A stretch of DNA of 64,000 nt, taken from Mobula birostris. Its lineage: Eukaryota. Where the stretch lies: the NCBI RefSeq assembly GCF_030028105.1, contig NC_092396.1:27593474-27657473 (forward strand). Direction: 5' to 3'. A model generated the notes under the pieces. That model was given only the letters and a program-made list of their open reading frames with translations. It did not search any database and was not told the origin of the DNA. Below, piece after piece: positions 60,914-64,000 of this stretch; positions within the stretch are counted from its first letter, which is position 1, and each line of letters begins with the position of its first letter. A program made the translations under genes and the position numbers.

Positions 60914-63900
60914 TTATAAGACCATAAGAAATAGGAAGCAGAAACAAGCCACTTGGCCCATTGAGTTTGCTCTGCCATTTCATCATGGCTGTTTCATTAT
61001 CCCCCTCAACCCCATTCTCCTGCCTTCTCCCCATAATCTTTTGACGCCCTGCCTAATCAAGAATCTATCAACCTCCATTTTAAATATACCCAATGACTTG
61101 TTCCCACAGCTGTCCATGGCAACAAATTCCACAGATTCACAACACCCTGGCTAAATAAAAATCCTCATCTGTCCTAAACTGATGTCCCTCAATTCTGAGG
61201 CTGTATCCTCTGGTCCTAGACTCCCAACGATAGGAAGCATCTGCTCCACATCCACTCTATCTAGGTCTTTCAATATTCGATAGGTGTCAATGAGACTCTC
61301 CCTCATTCTTCTAAACTCCAGTGAGAACAGGCCCAGAGCTATCAAACAGTCCTCATATGTTAACCCTTTCACTCCTGGAATCATTCTTGTGAACCTCCTC
61401 TGGACTGTCCCCAGTGCCAGCACATCTTTTCTTAGATAAAGGACCCAGAACTGCTCACAATACTGCAGGTATGGTCTGACAAATCCTTATAAAGTCTCAG
61501 CATCACATTCTTGCTCTTATATTCAAATCCTCTCTAAATGAATGCTAACATTGCATTTGCCTTCCTTGCCACTAATTCTACCTGCAAGTTAACCTTGAGG
61601 AAATCATGCATTAGTACTTCCAAGTCCCTTTGCATTTCTGATTTTTGAATTTTCTCCCCATTCAGAAAATAGTGTACGCATTTATTCCATCTGTCAAAGT
61701 GCATGACCATACCCTTCCCCACACTATATTCCACCTGTCACTTCTTTGCCCATCTCACAATCTGTCCAAATCCTTCTGCAGGGTTCCTGCTTCCTCAACA
61801 CTACCTGCCCCCTCCACCTATCTTTGTATCCTCTGCAAACCTGGCCACAAAGCCTTCAATCCTGTCATCCAAATTACTGACATATAATATCAACGAAGCA
61901 ATACCAAACCCTGCGGAAAACCAATAGTCACCGACAGCCAAATAGAACAGACCCCCTTTATTCCAAATCTTTGCTCCTGCCAGTCAGCCAACCTTCTATC
62001 TATGCTCGTATCTTTCCTGGAATATCAGGAGCTCTTATCTTGTGAAGCAACCTGAAGTACAGACCTTATAAGAGGGCTACTGAAAATGCAAGTAAACAAT
62101 ATCCTATGACTTCCTTTGCCTTAAGCTGCCTAATGAAATATGGTTCATTACACAACACCCAATCCAGAATTGCCTTTACTCTAGCGGGTTCTAAAAAACC
62201 ATCTCAGAGGCATTCTACAAATTCCCTTTCTTGGTTTTCCCAATCTACCTGCATTTTGAAACCCCCCATGACTATTATAATGTTGTTCTTATTACATACC
62301 TTTTCATTTTCCATTCTAATTTATATCCACATCTTGGCTATTGTTTGGGGGCCAGAATATAACTAACATCCATCAGGGTCTTTTTACCCTTACAGTTTCT
62401 ACCCACAGGGATTCTACATCTTCTGATCCTATGTCACCTCTTTCTAAGGACCTGATTTCATTTTTTAACCAACAAAGGCACCCCACCCTCTCTGCCTACC
62501 CTTTTGGTACAAAGTGTATCCTTGGATAGTAAGCCTCCAAACTATGATCTTCTTTCAGCCATACGTCATACGCCATCCCACGTCATACCTACCAATCTCT
62601 AACTGTGACACAAGATCATCTACCTTACTCCATATATGGCGTGCATTCCAATATAACACCTTTAGTCCTGTATTCATCACTCTTTTCGATTTTGCCCCTG
62701 TGTTAACTTCAACTCATTCCACTGACTGCAATTTTGCCCTATTATCTGCCTGTCCTTCCTCACAGTCTCACTACACTTGTATACCATTTGCTCCATCTTC
62801 AGCCTAACATTCTGGTTCCCATCCCTCTGCCAAATTAGTTTAAACCCTCCCGTACAGCTTTAACAAACCTGCACACAAGGATATTGGTCCCTTTGGTTTC
62901 AGGTGTAATCCATCCTTTTTCTACAGGTCATACCAGAAGAGATCCCCATGATCCAGAAATCTGAAACCATACCCCCTGTATCACTTCCTCAGCCACTCAT
63001 TCTTCTGTACTATCATCCTATTCCTGCTCTGATTAGCACATAGTACCAGCAATAACACAGTATTTACTACCTTGGAGGTCCTGGTCTTCATCCTCTTCCT
63101 CAACCTCCTACACTCACTGTGCAAAATCTCCTCCCCCTTTCTAACTGTCATTGGTACCAATGTGCATCATGACTTCTGGCTGCTCATCCTCCCTCTGAAG
63201 AATCTACTGCAGCTGGTCTGAGATATACTGGACCTAGCACCTGGGAGGCAACACACTTCCCTGGCTTCTCTTTAATGGCTACAGAATCTGCTGTAGGTCT
63301 CCTTTTACTATCATTCTGCCTGATTTTTCCCTTCCCTGCTGAGCTCAGAGCCAGCCACAGTGCCACTACCTGACTGTACCCTTCCCTGCTGAGCTCAGAG
63401 CCAGCCCCAGTGCCACTACCTGACTTTTCCCTCCCCTGCTGAGCTCACAGCCAGCCCCAGTGCCACTACCTGACTTTTCCCTCCCCTGCTGAGCTCAGAG
63501 CCAGCCCCAGTGCCACTACCTGACTTTTCCCTCCCCTGCTGAGCTCACAGCCAGCCCCAGTGCCACTACCTGACTTTTCCCTCCCCTGCTGAGCTCAGAG
63601 CCAGCCCCAGTGCCACTACCTGACTTTTCCCTTCCCTGTTGAGCTCAGAGCCAGCCACAGTGCCACTACCTGGCTGCTGCTGTGCCCCGGTCCTCCACAC
63701 CCCCAACAGTATCCAAAGGGGTATACTTGCTGCTGAGGGATGGCCAAGGGGAGCCCTGAATTAACTGCTTATTCCCCTTACTTCTCCTGGTGGTCACCCA
63801 TCTACAATCTGAAGTCTGCACTCTGAATGTGACCACTTCAATAAAAGTCTCATCAATAACGTTTCCAGCCTCCCAGATGGTCCTATGTACATCCAGCTCC

Positions 63901-64000
63901 AGTTCCTTGACCATGTCAGCCAGGAGCTGAAGCTTTGTACACTTCCTGAAGATGCAGTCATCAAGGAGACCATAAGGTACCCTGAAATCTCACAGGAGGG
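60914..64000 (-). mobile_element. CR1-like LINE with internal deletions, including an ORF1 SGNH-esterase-like relic; runs off the window edge
   Basis: VQRRFTRMIPG in ORF2; VCCLPGAR...QPEVMMHIGTND at about 63145-63260; tail ataagaccataag at 60916. Confidence 0.88.
63319..63672. repeat. 50-bp minisatellite, about 7 copies, inside the CR1 5' region
   Basis: Unit tgccactacctgacttttccctcccctgctgagctca(g/c)agccagccccag, in register at 63361, 63411, 63461, 63511, 63561 and 63611. Confidence 0.97.

Noticed and set aside
63319-63672. Regular repeat with an internal palindrome, superficially like a CRISPR array
   Set aside because: The units are contiguous with no unique spacers, there are no cas genes, and it sits in a vertebrate CR1 relic.

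Overview
This is vertebrate nuclear DNA; the repeat content (CR1/HER1-like, Rex1/Babar, Penelope-like, V-SINE and DeuSINE-like) suggests a cartilaginous fish, probably a ray. The whole window lies inside one minus-strand gene, VPS13D. Ten consecutive coding exons (60441 down to 10219, 4457 nt in total) splice with GT-AG boundaries and matching phases into one uninterrupted frame of about 1485 aa. From memory they correspond roughly to human exons 16-25; the start and end of the gene are outside the window. The introns are rich in decayed transposable elements. The most notable observations are: (1) a dispersed family of minimal hammerhead-ribozyme motifs in Penelope-like element termini, whose core appears broken by CpG decay; (2) a pogo/Tigger relic that closely resembles mammalian Tigger4/Zombi, a candidate horizontal transfer; (3) an L1 with a precise twin-priming inversion and 12-bp TSD; (4) an 8.8-kb nested TE stack (Rex1 > CR1 > Harbinger/hAT/Tigger > CR1 fragment); (5) a CAG-terminal DNA element with a 6-bp TSD and a duplicated right end; (6) a 50-bp minisatellite with a 100-bp higher-order unit. 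I found no CRISPR array, no prokaryote-type system and no intact autonomous TE ORF. There is a 143-N assembly gap at 19822-19964. Comparisons to human sequences and repeat consensuses are from memory, not from a search.
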